DNA of 64,000 nucleotides from Escherichia coli (GTDB lineage Bacteria; Pseudomonadota; Gammaproteobacteria; Enterobacterales; Enterobacteriaceae): NCBI RefSeq assembly GCF_030013205.1, contig NZ_CP122648.1; one strand, 5' to 3'. Shown piece by piece: positions 53,168 to 64,000 of this stretch (position 1 is its first letter; each line of letters starts with the position of its first letter). The notes under the pieces were generated by a model. It saw only the letters and a program-made list of their open reading frames with translations, ran no database searches and was not told where the DNA came from. The position numbers and the translations under genes were made by a program.

Positions 53168-54225
53168 GTACTGGCAAAGGATTGTTGCTCGTCATCTGTC
53201 TGTTATTTCTGCCATTGAAGTCTGCGCTAGCGCTGAACTGCTATTTTGGTACTTCCGGCGGAACGGTAGAAAAATCGGAAGCGATTCAACCCTTTGCTGT
53301 GCCAGGTAATGCCAAACCCGGCGATAAGATCTGGGAATCTGACGATATTAAAATTCCCGTCTATTGTGACAACAATACCAACGGCAACTTTGAAAGCGAA
53401 CATGTCTACGCATGGGTAACCCCCTACCCGGGGGTACAGGATCGTTATTATCAACTCGGCGTGACATACAATGGTGTCGATTACGATGCCAGTCTGGGGA
53501 AAAGCCGCATCGACACCAACCAGTGTATCGACAGTAAGAACATTAACATTTATACCCCTGAGCAGATTATCGCGATGGGCTGGCAGAACAAAATATGCTC
53601 GGGTGACCCCGCTAATATTCACATGTCGCGAACCTTTCTCGCTCGTATGCGGTTATACGTTAAGATTCGCGAAATGCCGCCGCATGATTATCAAAGTACG
53701 CTTAGCGACTACATCGTCGTGCAATTTGATGGTGCTGGTAGCGTTAACGAAGACCCTACCGCCCAAAACCTGAAATACCATATTACTGGTCTGGAAAACA
53801 TTCGTGTACTGGATTGCAGCGTCAATTTTTCTATTTCACCAGAAACACAGGTGATTGATTTTGGTAAATTTAATCTGCTGGATATTCGCCGCCACACAAT
53901 GTCGAAAACATTCAGTATTAAGACGACAAAATCACAAAATGACCAGTGCACCGACGGATTTAAGGTCAGCTCCTCCTTTTATACCGAAGAAACGTTGGTT
54001 GAAGAAGATAAAGCATTGTTGATTGGTAATGGTCTGAAGCTACGTTTGCTGGATGAAAACGCCTCGCCTTATACCTTCAATAAATATGCTGAATACGCCG
54101 ATTTCACCAGCGATATGCTGATCTACGAAAAAACCTATACGGCTGAACTTTCGTCCATTCCCGGCACCCCCATCGAAGCGGGTCCCTTCGATACAGTGGT
54201 GCTTTTTAAGATTAACTATAACTGA
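53164..54225 (+). CDS. ybgO: Fimbrial adhesin-like protein
   Basis: ORF 53122..54225; start at [23 protein letters not shown] overlapping the ybgP stop (ATGA). Confidence 0.8.
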
Positions 54226-54376
54226 TTTGCCATGGTGCCCTTTGCAGCCGGAAAGGGCATCTCTTTCAGAAAATTGCTGATTTTCCCCTTTTCCTTGATT
54301 GCTGTTATTTTTTCCTGGCCCGGCTTTCTTTATGCTGTATCGATACACCAAAGAAAAAATAATGAGGGAACGAAGG

Positions 54377-55423
54377 ATGCCAGTTTTGCAGTGGGGAATG
54401 TTATGTGTGCTCTCACTTCTCCTTTCTATTGGCTTCCTCGGATTACATCTCCCGGCGGCACTATTACTTGGGCCGATGATCGCCGGGATCATCTTTAGTA
54501 TGCGCGGAATTACTCTGCAACTTCCCCGCTCCGCTTTTCTCGCCGCCCAGGCCATTCTTGGCTGCATGATTGCGCAAAACCTCACTGGTTCGATTCTCAC
54601 CACGTTGGCCGCCAACTGGCCGATAGTGTTAGCCATTTTACTGGTGACGCTGCTTTCCAGCGCCATCGTGGGTTGGTTATTGGTGCGCTATAGCTCACTG
54701 CCTGGAAATACCGGTGCCTGGGGTTCTTCTCCTGGCGGCGCGGCGGCAATGGTCGCTATGGCGCAAGATTACGGCGCAGATATTCGCCTGGTGGCGTTTA
54801 TGCAATATCTGCGAGTGCTGTTCGTCGCGGGGGCCGCTGTTCTGGTCACCCGCATGATGCTGGGCGATAACGCTGAAGCGGTTAACCAGCAGATCGTCTG
54901 GTTCCCGCCAGTGAGCATTAATCTCCTGCTTACGATTTTGCTCGCGGTCGTTGCCGGTACGGCGGGATGCTTGCTACGTCTTCCTTCCGGCACAATGCTC
55001 ATCCCGATGCTGGCGGGCGCAGTGCTCCAGTCTGGTCAGCTCATCACGATTGAACTCCCGGAATGGCTGCTGGCGATGGCGTATATGGCAATTGGCTGGA
55101 GGATTGGTCTTGGTTTTGATAAGCAAATCTTACTGCGAGCATTGCGCCCACTGCCACAAATCTTGCTGTCGATTTTTGCTCTGCTGGCTATTTGTGCAGG
55201 TATGGCGTGGGGGCTGACCCGGTTTATGCATATTGATTTTATGACCGCCTACCTCGCCACCAGTCCCGGCGGGCTTGATACCGTGGCGGTCATCGCCGCA
55301 GGGAGCAATGCCGATATGGCGCTTATTATGGCGATGCAAACCCTGCGCCTGTTCAGTATTTTGCTGACGGGGCCAGCCATTGCGCGGTTTATTTCAACCT
55401 ATGCGCCGAAGCGGTCGGCCTAG
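54377..55423 (+). CDS. abrB: AbrB-family membrane protein (putative regulator/transporter)
   Basis: ORF 54299..55423; start at [11 protein letters not shown] (54377) gives 348 aa, the size recalled for K-12 AbrB (YbgN). Confidence 0.8.
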   Translation: MPVLQWGMLCVLSLLLSIGFLGLHLPAALLLGPMIAGIIFSMRGITLQLPRSAFLAAQAILGCMIAQNLTGSILTTLAANWPIVLAILLVTLLSSAIVGWLLVRYSSLPGNTGAWGSSPGGAAAMVAMAQDYGADIRLVAFMQYLRVLFVAGAAVLVTRMMLGDNAEAVNQQIVWFPPVSINLLLTILLAVVAGTAGCLLRLPSGTMLIPMLAGAVLQSGQLITIELPEWLLAMAYMAIGWRIGLGFDKQILLRALRPLPQILLSIFALLAICAGMAWGLTRFMHIDFMTAYLATSPGGLDTVAVIAAGSNADMALIMAMQTLRLFSILLTGPAIARFISTYAPKRSA

Positions 55424-56211
55424 TGCTGGCAGCCTGGACACCAGTAAAACGGGCGCGAGGACAACGTGGTTTTCTCAATGATGCTGCCACAGCGTTCACA
55501 CGGTTCGCCATCACGATGAAAAACCTTAAAGCGAAACAACGCCCCATGATGTTTATTCTCATCCACCTGCCCCCGCGTAGCGTAAGAAAGTCGAGGAATA
55601 TCCAGTAACGCGTGTGCGAGTGCATCCAGTTGCGCCGCACTGAGATCTTTCGCTTTATGATTGCCGGTTAACCCCACCTGCCAGAGGATCTCCACCCGCA
55701 AATAATTGCCAAGCCCAGCCAGAAACGCCTGATCGAGTAGTAATCCAGCAAACTGACGGTTACGAAAGCGCGGCGACAATAACCGTTCTTTCGCCACCTC
55801 CGGCGTCAGTTTCGGATCCAGCACATCGGGGCCAACGCGTTGTAAAAACGGATGCGTGGTCAGTTGTTCCGGGGTCAACATCTCAATATCCGAGGCGCTA
55901 TAAAGCAGAATGGTTTTGTCAGCCGTTTGCAGTTTTACCCGCAATACTCGCGTGGTCTGCGGCTCTTCGCCGGTATCAACCACGCGCCAGACGCCGTAAA
56001 GCTGATTATGGCTGTAGAGCGTTAAACCGTTGGAAAAATGAGTTAACAACGCCTTACCTCGCGTTTCCACATGGCTAACGTGTTGACCGATAAGTTGTGA
56101 TTGATAAGGTTTTAACTGCGGGAAGGCAAACCAGACATCAGTTAGTGGTTTGCCTTTGATCGCCGCCTCCAGGTTATCCGCTGCGCGGCGGATCTCCGGG
56201 CCTTCAGGCAT
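55420..56211 (-). CDS. nei: Endonuclease VIII (DNA glycosylase/AP lyase)
   Basis: 263-aa ORF starting MPEGPEIRR (catalytic N-terminal Pro) with a C-terminal zinc finger (CERCG…CPGCQ). Confidence 0.95.
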   Translation of the reverse strand: MPEGPEIRRAADNLEAAIKGKPLTDVWFAFPQLKPYQSQLIGQHVSHVETRGKALLTHFSNGLTLYSHNQLYGVWRVVDTGEEPQTTRVLRVKLQTADKTILLYSASDIEMLTPEQLTTHPFLQRVGPDVLDPKLTPEVAKERLLSPRFRNRQFAGLLLDQAFLAGLGNYLRVEILWQVGLTGNHKAKDLSAAQLDALAHALLDIPRLSYATRGQVDENKHHGALFRFKVFHRDGEPCERCGSIIEKTTLSSRPFYWCPGCQH

Positions 56212-56246
56212 GGTGATATCCTTTTTTCATTCTTTATTAAGCGGGG

Positions 56247-56981
56247 TTATGCTGCGACAACAATCCCCTTTTCGGAAAATGTAGAGCGTAGTCGGCGGGC
56301 GAATGCCAGTGCGTGTTCTCCATCGCCATGCAGGCAGACCGTTTGCGCCGTGACCGTTGCCCATTCGCCGTTGATACTTTTGACTCTGCCGTGTTGCACC
56401 ATCTCCAACGTTTGCGCCAGCGCCTGTTCTTCGTTTTCAATCAACGCGCCTGGCTGGCTTCGCGGCACCAGCGAGCCGTCAGCCTGATAACCGCGATCGG
56501 CAAACACTTCCTCGCTCGTTATCAGACCATATCGCTTGCCTGCACGAATCAGCTCGCTTCCCGCCAGCCCGACGAGAATCAATGACGGATCGCAAGCGTA
56601 TACCGCTCTGGCGATGGCGTCTGCCAGTTGTGCCTCTTTCGCCGCCTGGTTGTATAACATGCCGTGCGGTTTGACATGACGCATTACGCCCCCTTGCGCA
56701 CGGGTAATCGCTGCCAGCGCGCCAATTTGATACAGCGTCTGGGCGTAAACGGTTTCTGGCGGCAGCTGCATGGCACTGCGACCAAAATTTTCCCGGTCGG
56801 GAAAACTCGGGTGAGCGCCAATCGCGACACCATTTTTTATTGCTTCACGCACGCAAGCCTGCATGGTTTGCGCATCGCCTGCATGAAATCCACAAGCAAT
56901 ATTGGCAGAGGAAACCAGCGTTAATAGCTCTGCGTCGCTGGCGCAGCCTTCGCCCAGATCGGCGTTAAGGTCAATTTTCAT
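56247..56981 (-). CDS. pxpA: 5-oxoprolinase subunit A (LamB/YcsF family)
   Basis: 244-aa ORF; position and size match K-12 ybgL. Confidence 0.9.
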   Translation of the reverse strand: MKIDLNADLGEGCASDAELLTLVSSANIACGFHAGDAQTMQACVREAIKNGVAIGAHPSFPDRENFGRSAMQLPPETVYAQTLYQIGALAAITRAQGGVMRHVKPHGMLYNQAAKEAQLADAIARAVYACDPSLILVGLAGSELIRAGKRYGLITSEEVFADRGYQADGSLVPRSQPGALIENEEQALAQTLEMVQHGRVKSINGEWATVTAQTVCLHGDGEHALAFARRLRSTFSEKGIVVAA

Positions 56982-57903
56982 TGTGCAGCCGCCACGCTAA
57001 TTGTTCGAAATAACGTTGTTGATCTTGCCGCGCTTTCAGTGCCTCTTCCAGTGAACACTGGACAAAATGAATCGGCTGACCGAGCGGAATTTGCGCCAGA
57101 TGGTACATATCAGCCTCAATGATACAGGCAATACGCGGATAACCACCGGTGGTCTGTGCGTCGTTCATCAATACAATCGGCTGACCGTTATGCGGCACTT
57201 GCACCACACCCGGCAACAAACCGTGAGATAACAGTTCGCGATCGGTGGTGCGTTTTAAAATTTGCCCCTGTAAGCGATAGCCCATGCGGTTACTTTGCGG
57301 ACTAAGCTGCCAGGGCGAACGCCAGAATGCATCCTGCGAGGCGCGATCGAACTCATGATATTCCGGCCCCGGCAAGGCGCGAATGCGGTTGCCCCACAGC
57401 AGCTGTTTAACGCCCTGCGCTTCCATAAAATCACGCTTCGATTTACCCATCGGGAGTCGGTCACCATCCTTCAGTAAACGGCCTTCCAGCCCGCCAATCC
57501 CCACTTTGAGATCGGTGCTGCATGACCCCATTACCGGCGGAACATCAATACCACCCGCGACCGCCAGATAACTGCGCATCCCGTGCTGCGGGCGTTTAAG
57601 CGTTAAACGCTGGCCTGCTTTCATCGGTAATCGCCAGCCAGTCCAGACGGCATTATCATCCAGCCGCGCTTCGCAACCTGCCCCCGTCAGGGCAAACCAA
57701 CCATCAGTTTCGAACTCTACCGTTAACTGACCGAGCGTTATCTCCAGCGCGGGGGCATTGGCGTCATTACCCACCAGCAGGTTAGCAATGCGTAACGCAG
57801 GCATATCCAGTGCGCCGCAGTGGCTGATACCCGACTGGCGAAAACCGTGACGACCGCCATCCTGCACAGTGGTATACATGCCCGCACGAATAATCTTCAG
57901 CAT
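56971..57903 (-). CDS. pxpC: 5-oxoprolinase subunit C
   Basis: 310-aa ORF; matches K-12 ybgK by position and size. Confidence 0.85.
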
Positions 57904-58553
57904 ACTCCCTCCTTCTGCGGTACAAAGCGCACGCTGTCTCCCGGACGTAATAAGATGGGTTCGTCACGCGCCGGATCAAACAGGCTGAGTGAGGTATGAC
58001 CAATCAACTGCCAGCCGCCCGGTGTTGCCAGCGGATAAACACCGGTCTGCGGCCCGCCGATCCCGACAGAACCTGCCGGAACGAGCAAGCGCGGTTCAGC
58101 GCGACGTGGCGTGTGTAGTTGTTCCGGCAAACTCCCGAGATACGGGAAGCCCGGTTGAAAACCTAAAAACCAGACCACGTATTCCACGGAGGAGTGCAAT
58201 TCAACAACCTGTTTTTCGCTCAACCCACAATGCGCCGCGACCACCGCCAAATCCGGTCCGCCTGCGCCACCGTAAACAACCGGAATTTCAATAAAACGAG
58301 ACTCCGGCTCCAGCGCCTCACTCTCCTCCCACCAGCGTTGCAAACGCTCTATGGCATCCAGCGCCAGCGACTCAGGATTACGTAAAATCACCGTGATATT
58401 GTTCATGCCGGGAATGGCTTCAACCACATTCGGCATATCCACCAGACGCTGTGCCAGTCGCCAGATCCGTTTCTGGCTAGCCAGCGTCACCGGCGGTTCC
58501 AGTTCCAGCACTACCGCCGTTTCACCTATCAGATAACAACGCGCTCGTTGCAC
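57897..58553 (-). CDS. pxpB: 5-oxoprolinase subunit B
   Basis: 218-aa ORF; matches K-12 ybgJ by position and size. Confidence 0.85.
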
Positions 58554-58575
58554 TTTCGATCCCTCTGATTATTCG

Positions 58576-59319
58576 TTATGCAGGATTAGGAATATCAATA
58601 AAGGTCACATCAAGATCGGTATTTTCATTCAGCCACTCGCTCAACGCGCGAATACCACCACGTTCAGTGGCATGGTGACCCGCAGCATAAAAATGCAATC
58701 CCTGCTCGCGGGCTGAATGAATGGTCTGTTCAGAAACTTCGCCAGTAATAAAAGCATCCACGCCAAAACGCGCGGCGCTATCGATAAAACTTTGCCCGCC
58801 GCCCGTGCACCAGGCAACGCGCTGGACCACCTCAGGTCCGGTATCGCCACACCATAACGGCTTACGTCCCAGACGCGCTTCAATCCAGGAGGCTAGTTCC
58901 AGTCCCGGCACAGGCATGGTCAGTTCTCCCCACGGCACCAACGGCTCAATTTCGCCCATGACCGAGATCCCCAGTAACGCCGCCAGCTGTGCGTTATTGC
59001 CCAGCTCAGGATGTGCGTCAAGCGGCAAATGCCAGCCATACAGGTTGATATCATTTGCCAGCAACGTTTTTAAACGGTTACGCTTCATGCCGCGAATGAC
59101 CGGAGATTCGCCTTTCCAGAAGTAGCCATGATGCACAATGACCGCATCCGCGCCCAGACGCACTGCCTCATCGAGCAAAGCCTGGCTGGCAGTGACACCG
59201 GTAACAATTTTTTGCACCGTCTCTTTGCCTTCCACCTGCAAACCATTCGGCGCGTAATCACTAATCGCCGCGCTGTTCAGTTTTTCGTTAATCAGTTGTT
59301 CCAGTTCGGTGTTTTTCAT
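58576..59319 (-). CDS. ybgI: Nif3-family metal-binding protein YbgI
   Basis: 247-aa ORF matching YbgI. Confidence 0.9.
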   Translation of the reverse strand: MKNTELEQLINEKLNSAAISDYAPNGLQVEGKETVQKIVTGVTASQALLDEAVRLGADAVIVHHGYFWKGESPVIRGMKRNRLKTLLANDINLYGWHLPLDAHPELGNNAQLAALLGISVMGEIEPLVPWGELTMPVPGLELASWIEARLGRKPLWCGDTGPEVVQRVAWCTGGGQSFIDSAARFGVDAFITGEVSEQTIHSAREQGLHFYAAGHHATERGGIRALSEWLNENTDLDVTFIDIPNPA

Positions 59320-59406
59320 CTTCGCGCCTTCCGTATTCTGATAGCTACACCGTTAACATAGCGTTACCTCGCCTGTTCGTCGATAGCCAATCTTTTGAGA
59401 TATTAA

Positions 59407-61071
<1,665 letters not shown>

Positions 61072-61113
61072 CAGGCCAGCACCGATGCCTGATAAAACGC
61101 TCGCTGCGTTTTA

Positions 61114-62532
61114 TCAGGCTCCTTTCCTCGCTTCTTCGTACGCTGCCAGCGTTCGCAGCCTTGCCTCTTTGTGATCAACTATCGGTTGCGGATAATCCAG
61201 CGTCACACCTGCTTTCTGCGCCCACTTCCACGGCTCATGCACCACTTTCCCTGGCACATCGCGCAGTTCCGGTAGCCACTGGCGGATAAACTCGCCTTCG
61301 CGGTCAAATTTCTCGCCCTGGGTTGTCGGGTTAAAAATACGAAAATACGGCGCTGCATCGGTTCCGGTTGAAGCGGCCCACTGCCAGCCACCGTTATTAG
61401 CTGCCAAATCACCATCAATCAGCTGCGACATGAAATATCGCTCGCCTTCGCGCCAGTCGATCAATAAATCTTTCACCAGAAAACTGGCTGTAATCATCCG
61501 TAGCCTGTTATGCATCCAGCCAGTGCTGTTAAGCTGACGCATGGCAGCATCGACAATCGGGTATCCCGTTTTGCCTTCCTGCCAGGCCTGTAAATGTGCG
61601 GGATTGCTCTGCCACTGCACACGATCCGTCCAGGCAATAAACGGACAATGTTTACACAACGAGGGGTAATACGTCATCAGATGACGGTAGAACTCGCGCC
61701 AGATCAGCTCACTAAGCCAGACACTACCGGCCCCACCGTCCAGCGCCTGCGGCTGTTCCGCCAACAAGCGATGCAAACACTGGCGAGGCGATAACCCGCC
61801 CGTTGCCAGGCTGGCGGACAAACGACTGGTGCCTTCCACTGCCGGAAAATCTCGTTGTTGCTCATATTCTCCGGCACCGTTCTGGCAAAACTGGCGTAAT
61901 TGCGCAATCGCCGCTTTCTCTTCCACCGGGAAATGCGCAGTATCGAAAGGCTGACGAGGATAATTCAGCGTAATGGATGGCGCGGGCTTTATCGATCCGC
62001 TACTACGAACTTTTGGCGCAGCGACGCACTCCGGCATCCCTTCCCGCAGCCGTTTCAGCCAGGCGTTTTTAAACGGCGTAAAGACTTTGTACATCTCATG
62101 ATTGCCAGTCATCACCGCCCCCGGCGGCAGGATCACGCTGTCGTCAAATCCTTCACACACCACGTTACGCAGCGTTCTCTCAACCTGCGCATCCCGCGCC
62201 CGCTCATTCACCTCATACTGATAGTTATAAAACAGATGGGTAACACGATTTTCCGCGCACACCTGTTTAACTATTTCGACGCTGGCGACAAAGTCATCCA
62301 CTTCATGAAACAGCAAAGGAATGCCTTTTTCCGCCAGCGCGATTTGTAGCCCATTCAGTTGAGCATTGATAAGTTCAGCCTGACGCGGCGACACATTATG
62401 CGCCGCCCACTGGCGTGGGGTAGCGATATACAACGCCAGCACGCGCACAGACGAATTGCGGCAGGCGGCAGCCAGCGCGAGATTATCGTGCTGACGTAAA
62501 TCCTGGCGAAACCAGACCAGATGGGTAGTCAT
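61114..62532 (-). CDS. phr: Deoxyribodipyrimidine photolyase
   Basis: 472-aa ORF starting MTTHLVWFRQDLR, photolyase/cryptochrome family. Confidence 0.95.
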   Translation of the reverse strand: MTTHLVWFRQDLRQHDNLALAAACRNSSVRVLALYIATPRQWAAHNVSPRQAELINAQLNGLQIALAEKGIPLLFHEVDDFVASVEIVKQVCAENRVTHLFYNYQYEVNERARDAQVERTLRNVVCEGFDDSVILPPGAVMTGNHEMYKVFTPFKNAWLKRLREGMPECVAAPKVRSSGSIKPAPSITLNYPRQPFDTAHFPVEEKAAIAQLRQFCQNGAGEYEQQRDFPAVEGTSRLSASLATGGLSPRQCLHRLLAEQPQALDGGAGSVWLSELIWREFYRHLMTYYPSLCKHCPFIAWTDRVQWQSNPAHLQAWQEGKTGYPIVDAAMRQLNSTGWMHNRLRMITASFLVKDLLIDWREGERYFMSQLIDGDLAANNGGWQWAASTGTDAAPYFRIFNPTTQGEKFDREGEFIRQWLPELRDVPGKVVHEPWKWAQKAGVTLDYPQPIVDHKEARLRTLAAYEEARKGA

Positions 62533-63038
62533 AAAACTCCTGCATGGCGCAAGTTAATCACACGCGGCCAAAGTTCGAAATAACGCTGCTCTGAAAGCCA
62601 GGCGTCAGGATAAAACGCCATATAGTGTTTGATACGCATCAGCAGCGCAAGAAGCGGTTGCTCGCCACGGCGATAACTGTCGATAAGCGCCGCCAGCTGC
62701 TGGCGTTCTGTGGAATCAATATGTGGGCGAAAATATCCCTGAACGTGCATCAAAACGTTAGTATGATCACGCCGGTTGGCAGGGTGAGAAAGCAAAACAA
62801 TTACGCGTTGGCGGTACTGGTTGTAATAGTCATCCAGATTTTGCCACTGGTGAATATCAGCCACAAACGGGCCAAGTTTGCGGTACTCCGGCTGGGAATG
62901 GGCCAGAAAGACGAGTTTATAGCGGCTGTGATAATCGTTGAGTGCCCCGCGCGTTAAGCCATGTTCTTTCAGTCGATGTAACTCATGAAGGGCGAAGATA
63001 CGGATTAGGGTGCTGTCATCAAATCGTTGCTGATTCAT
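62529..63038 (-). CDS. ybgA: DUF1722 protein YbgA
   Basis: 169-aa ORF upstream of and overlapping phr by 4 nt, as in K-12. Confidence 0.85.
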   Translation of the reverse strand: MNQQRFDDSTLIRIFALHELHRLKEHGLTRGALNDYHSRYKLVFLAHSQPEYRKLGPFVADIHQWQNLDDYYNQYRQRVIVLLSHPANRRDHTNVLMHVQGYFRPHIDSTERQQLAALIDSYRRGEQPLLALLMRIKHYMAFYPDAWLSEQRYFELWPRVINLRHAGVL

Positions 63039-63055
63039 TACTGCTCCTGAACGGT

Positions 63056-63947
63056 TTACAGGAGTAAGTGTAGACGTTGGGAAATGATATTTGTGAAGTT
63101 AATCCTGTTGTAGCAGGGCAAGATTACGAAAGCCCGCTCCCCGCAAGGACTGACGTCAGGTAGTTTCTGTCCATGGCTGCCCTTTCCATTCAAACGTGAA
63201 ATCAATAAGTTCATCAGGGACATCGCAAACAATATGAAGACGGATTTCTTCTCTGCCGTGACTTTTTTCACTAATTGCGTAACTGTCATGCTCTGGATTA
63301 TTTAATTCTTTCAGTGGGAATTTTTCCTCAAAGGCTTTATTAAGCCGCCCCTGATTTCCTTTTACAGCGAATAAATAATCACCGCCCTGTTTTTGTATCT
63401 TCTCTGCGATATCTTTCTGGCAACCCATCGCATCAGTTGTGATAATTTTTCCTTTAATATCCAGCATGTTAAGAAGTTCAGGGATAGCTGTGATCTCATT
63501 GGATTTCTTATCCGTCCTGATCTGTCCGATGACAAGACTGTGCATTGTTGAGAACGCACTAATGACATGAATCGCTCCCCTGCGGCGACTCTTGTCATAA
63601 GAATGCCGGAGCGTTTTTCCATCAATTGCAATAACGTCTTTATCATCTGAAGAATGGCAGTCACGCATCCAGTTAATAAAGCACTCGTGAAATTTTGAAG
63701 GACTGATACAGGATACAACTCTGGCGATGGTATCGTGAACAGGAATACCATTTTAAAAATCACCATATTGTTTTAAAAAATCGAGATGTGTTTCCCCAAA
63801 ATCCTCTATATCTTCCCAACCGTCTGCACAAGAAATAACGGCACAAATAGTCAACAGTAGAATATCCGACAATTTATGTTCCACTTTCCTGGCATGTCTG
63901 TAATCGGAAGTAATAGAAATATGTTCCATCAATTTTTTAAGTTCCAT
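63056..63947 (-). pseudogene. ybfD: ISAs1-family (H-repeat-associated) transposase, disrupted
   Basis: N-terminal frame 63753..63947 ([12 protein letters not shown]…KQYGDF) ends at TAA; the same frame continues after the stop ([11 protein letters not shown]…) into ORF 63156..63668, which itself ends early; 3' part is in another frame (63056..63289). Confidence 0.75.
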
Positions 63948-64000
63948 TTTGTTCTCCTTAATTATGTAAGGAGTATTTGATCATGTATAAGCAATAAAAA

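Overview
Enterobacterial (Escherichia coli-like) chromosome segment, recognised from protein identities and syntenic with K-12 for most of its length: modE(3' end)-modF, galETKM, gpmA, aroG, ybgS, zitB, pnuC-nadA, the lysT tRNA operon, cpoB-pal-tolBARQ-ybgC, ybgE-cydX-cydBA, then sucDCBA-sdhBADC, gltA, the ybgDQPO fimbrial operon, abrB, nei, pxpACB, ybgI, dtpD, phr, ybgA and an ISAs1 (H-repeat) transposase pseudogene. The main departure is a ~14.3 kb accessory segment (about 22.95-37.27 kb) between the cydAB promoter region and the sucD terminator, where K-12 carries mngR-mngAB from memory. It holds (i) two very AT-rich orphan genes with no family I can recognise, and (ii) a tightly coupled B12-dependent glutamate mutase / methylaspartate ammonia-lyase operon with a DUF1446-like gene and a small downstream gene interrupted by a complete IS1, followed by a glutamate/dicarboxylate symporter, a class I fumarase-type (mesaconase-like) hydratase, a second BtuR-like corrinoid adenosyltransferase and a LysR regulator. 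A cluster of this kind is, to my recollection, described in E. coli O157:H7, so the pathway itself is probably not new; the orphan gene pair and the DUF1446-like pair are the unexplained parts. Other points: an apparent amber mutation in the ybgQ usher, a five-gene lysT tRNA array with two tRNA-derived remnants, and the 37-aa cydX gene missing from the ORF track. All calls are from reading the sequence and recalled protein families; no searches were run.
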